From: Camelus dromedarius | Taxonomy: Eukaryota | Assembly (NCBI RefSeq): GCF_036321535.1 | Contig: NC_087462.1 | Coordinates: forward strand, 558,001-622,000 | DNA length: 64,000 bases | Direction of reading: 5' to 3' | Part shown: positions 62,501 to 64,000 of the stretch, in pieces | Position numbering within the stretch: position 1 is the stretch's first letter | Layout of the letters: every line of letters starts with the position of its first letter | Translations under genes and position numbers: made by a program | The notes under the pieces: model-generated | What the model saw: only the letters and a program-made list of their open reading frames with translations | The model's database searches: none | Told to the model about the DNA's origin: nothing

Positions 62501-64000
62501 GCCCACACTCCTCCCTGATCTGCCCTCCTCAGGGAGCCTCCCCCAGCCCCCGGCCCACACACTCACGAGGCTCTCCAGCCGCTTGGCCACAATGGAGGCA
62601 AACCTGCGCTCCCCAGCCAGCTCTGAGATGAGGAAGATGTACTCAGGTGCAGAGACCTGGTTGGACCGGTGGGTCCTGCCTGGAGGCAGAGGGGACTTTT
62701 AGAGACCTTGGCAGGCCTGCAAGGTTGGGTGACCTGGGGCAGGGGTGGGGACAGGGCTAACCGAACTGCTGGATGGCGCGGTCAGCACTCCAGGGCAGCT
62801 CGAGCGTCATGTGGACCCGGCGCCGCTGGTTCTGGACCCGGCGGTCAGCTTGGAGGGAGACACCGGAGCTGGAGGCCTCTGAGATGATGGCCACGAGCTG
62901 GGGAGGCGTGGACATGGCCAGGTCATCAGGGCAGACAGCCTGCTCCTCCGGCCCTGGGCCCGGGTCACTTGGATGCATTCAGAATGACCCACACAGGAAG
63001 TTCAGATACGTGTATCCGTAGAGGTGCCCGTGTGGGCTTAGAACAGAGTCTTGACCACCCCTGGAGGGTCTGCCTGCCTTGTGGACATCAGCTCCCATGG
63101 GGCAGCTCAGAGAAGCTGCGGGCATGGGCGACTTGGACAGAAGGTGGGGCGGGCCAGGGAGGGCTTTGGTCCTCGAGCCAGCCCTCCAGGACCCCTGCAC
63201 CTCCCCTGCCCACAGGGCCCTTGTGGGCTCCCTGCTCCTGGCTCCTGGTCCAGGGGGTGCCCTGCAGACACAGCCCCACAGTTACCTCCCCCAGGGCCCC
63301 ACCTTCTCGCCATTCATGAACCGTTCCTTCTCCCTGAGGTTCACGTGGTCGATGGAGAGGCCCTGCTCTGCCCGTGACTCGAAGGCCACTGTCCCATCAG
63401 GCCTGGACACCACGCGGCCCTTCCTGCCGGTCATCTGTAGCCAGGGTGGGGCCAGGGACAGGCTGTCAGCTGGTGTGGCTGCCAGGGGCTGGTCCCCGCG
63501 TGTCTCAGTTTCCCCACCTGTGACCCTGGGGCACCTGGGTGTGTGTGGCGAGGGGCGGCAGACCCTGGGCCAGGACTCGCCTCTCCCCGGGCTTGGGGCC
63601 CACGGAGCAACTGGCAGGGTTTTCACTTGTCTTCCTAAGTCTTTTCCCAGAACCCAGCTGCCTTGGGCCACAACAAACTTAAGGTGGCACCAGAAGGACG
63701 TCCTGAGAAACAGCAGAGTAGCTCAGGTAGAAGGGAGCACAGGGGTGTTCTGGGGTCGGGGGACAGGCCTGGGCCCAAGAGTGCACCCAGAACACAGAGG
63801 ATGTGTGGGGCAGGGGGACGAGGAGCTGGGCCAGAGGGCGGGGGGTGGGGGGGCAGCAGTGGCTGAGAGAAGAGAGCCCTCCAGCAGCAGCCCTGGCCAG
63901 TGAGCAGGACACTTGGACGCTGGGCCCTGTGGCCACTCTCACCTCTCCAAGACAGCCACCAGGGGGCACCAAAGCTCACCTCTGCCACCCTCTCTGGGCC
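59570..64000 (-). CDS. SBNO2: Strawberry notch homolog 2, 3' part (helicase-C-like region to C-terminus); 5' portion lies beyond the window
   Basis: Minus-strand exons 64000-63980 (partial), 63434-63303, 62897-62762, 62679-62567, 62469-62398, 62313-62205, 62017-61943, 61834-61691, 61597-61503, 61160-61068, 60898-60767, 60565-60489, 60322-60132, 60060-59570. Phases consistent. Contains [48 protein letters not shown], and ends [11 protein letters not shown]. Confidence 0.96.
61182..61490. repeat. G-rich minisatellite (GGGTGGGACGA-type units) in an SBNO2 intron
   Basis: Recurrent GGGACGA(T/G)GGG and GGGATGTGGG units fill most of the 342-nt intron 61161-61502. Confidence 0.85.

Noticed and set aside
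63931-63970. Second donor-like GAG|GTGAGA downstream of the SBNO2 exon ending at 63980
   Set aside because: The upstream donor already gives the conserved RVAE|MTGRK junction; there is no evidence of use.

Overview
GC-rich mammalian locus, syntenic with human 19p13.3. It is probably from a camelid (inferred from three vic-1-like tRNA-derived SINEs). Gene order: CNN2 (+, 7 exons, 309 aa), ABCA7 (+, 46 coding exons, about 2151 aa), ARHGAP45/HMHA1 (+, 23 exons, 1138 aa, plus two alternative first coding exons), POLR2E (-, 7 coding exons, 210 aa, one U12 intron), GPX4 (+, mito/cytosolic exon 1a, nuclear exon 1b, Sec-UGA, SECIS) and the 3' part of SBNO2 (-, 14 exons in window). All exons were walked by hand and splice phases are consistent. 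I found no new gene or clearly novel system. The most notable signals are: (i) both ABCA7 ABC-signature motifs deviate (LSGGT, YSSGN) and the exon-25 donor GT is lost, apparently rescued in frame 12 nt downstream; (ii) the GPX4 SECIS has a GUGA rather than AUGA core; (iii) two old L1 copies 41 kb apart share a derived GC-rich internal segment, suggesting ectopic conversion or an unnamed subfamily; (iv) only one monomer of the human Alzheimer-associated ABCA7 intron-18 VNTR is present; (v) there is a back-to-back polyA element at the ARHGAP45/POLR2E junction. Comparisons with human or other orthologues are from memory and need alignment to confirm.
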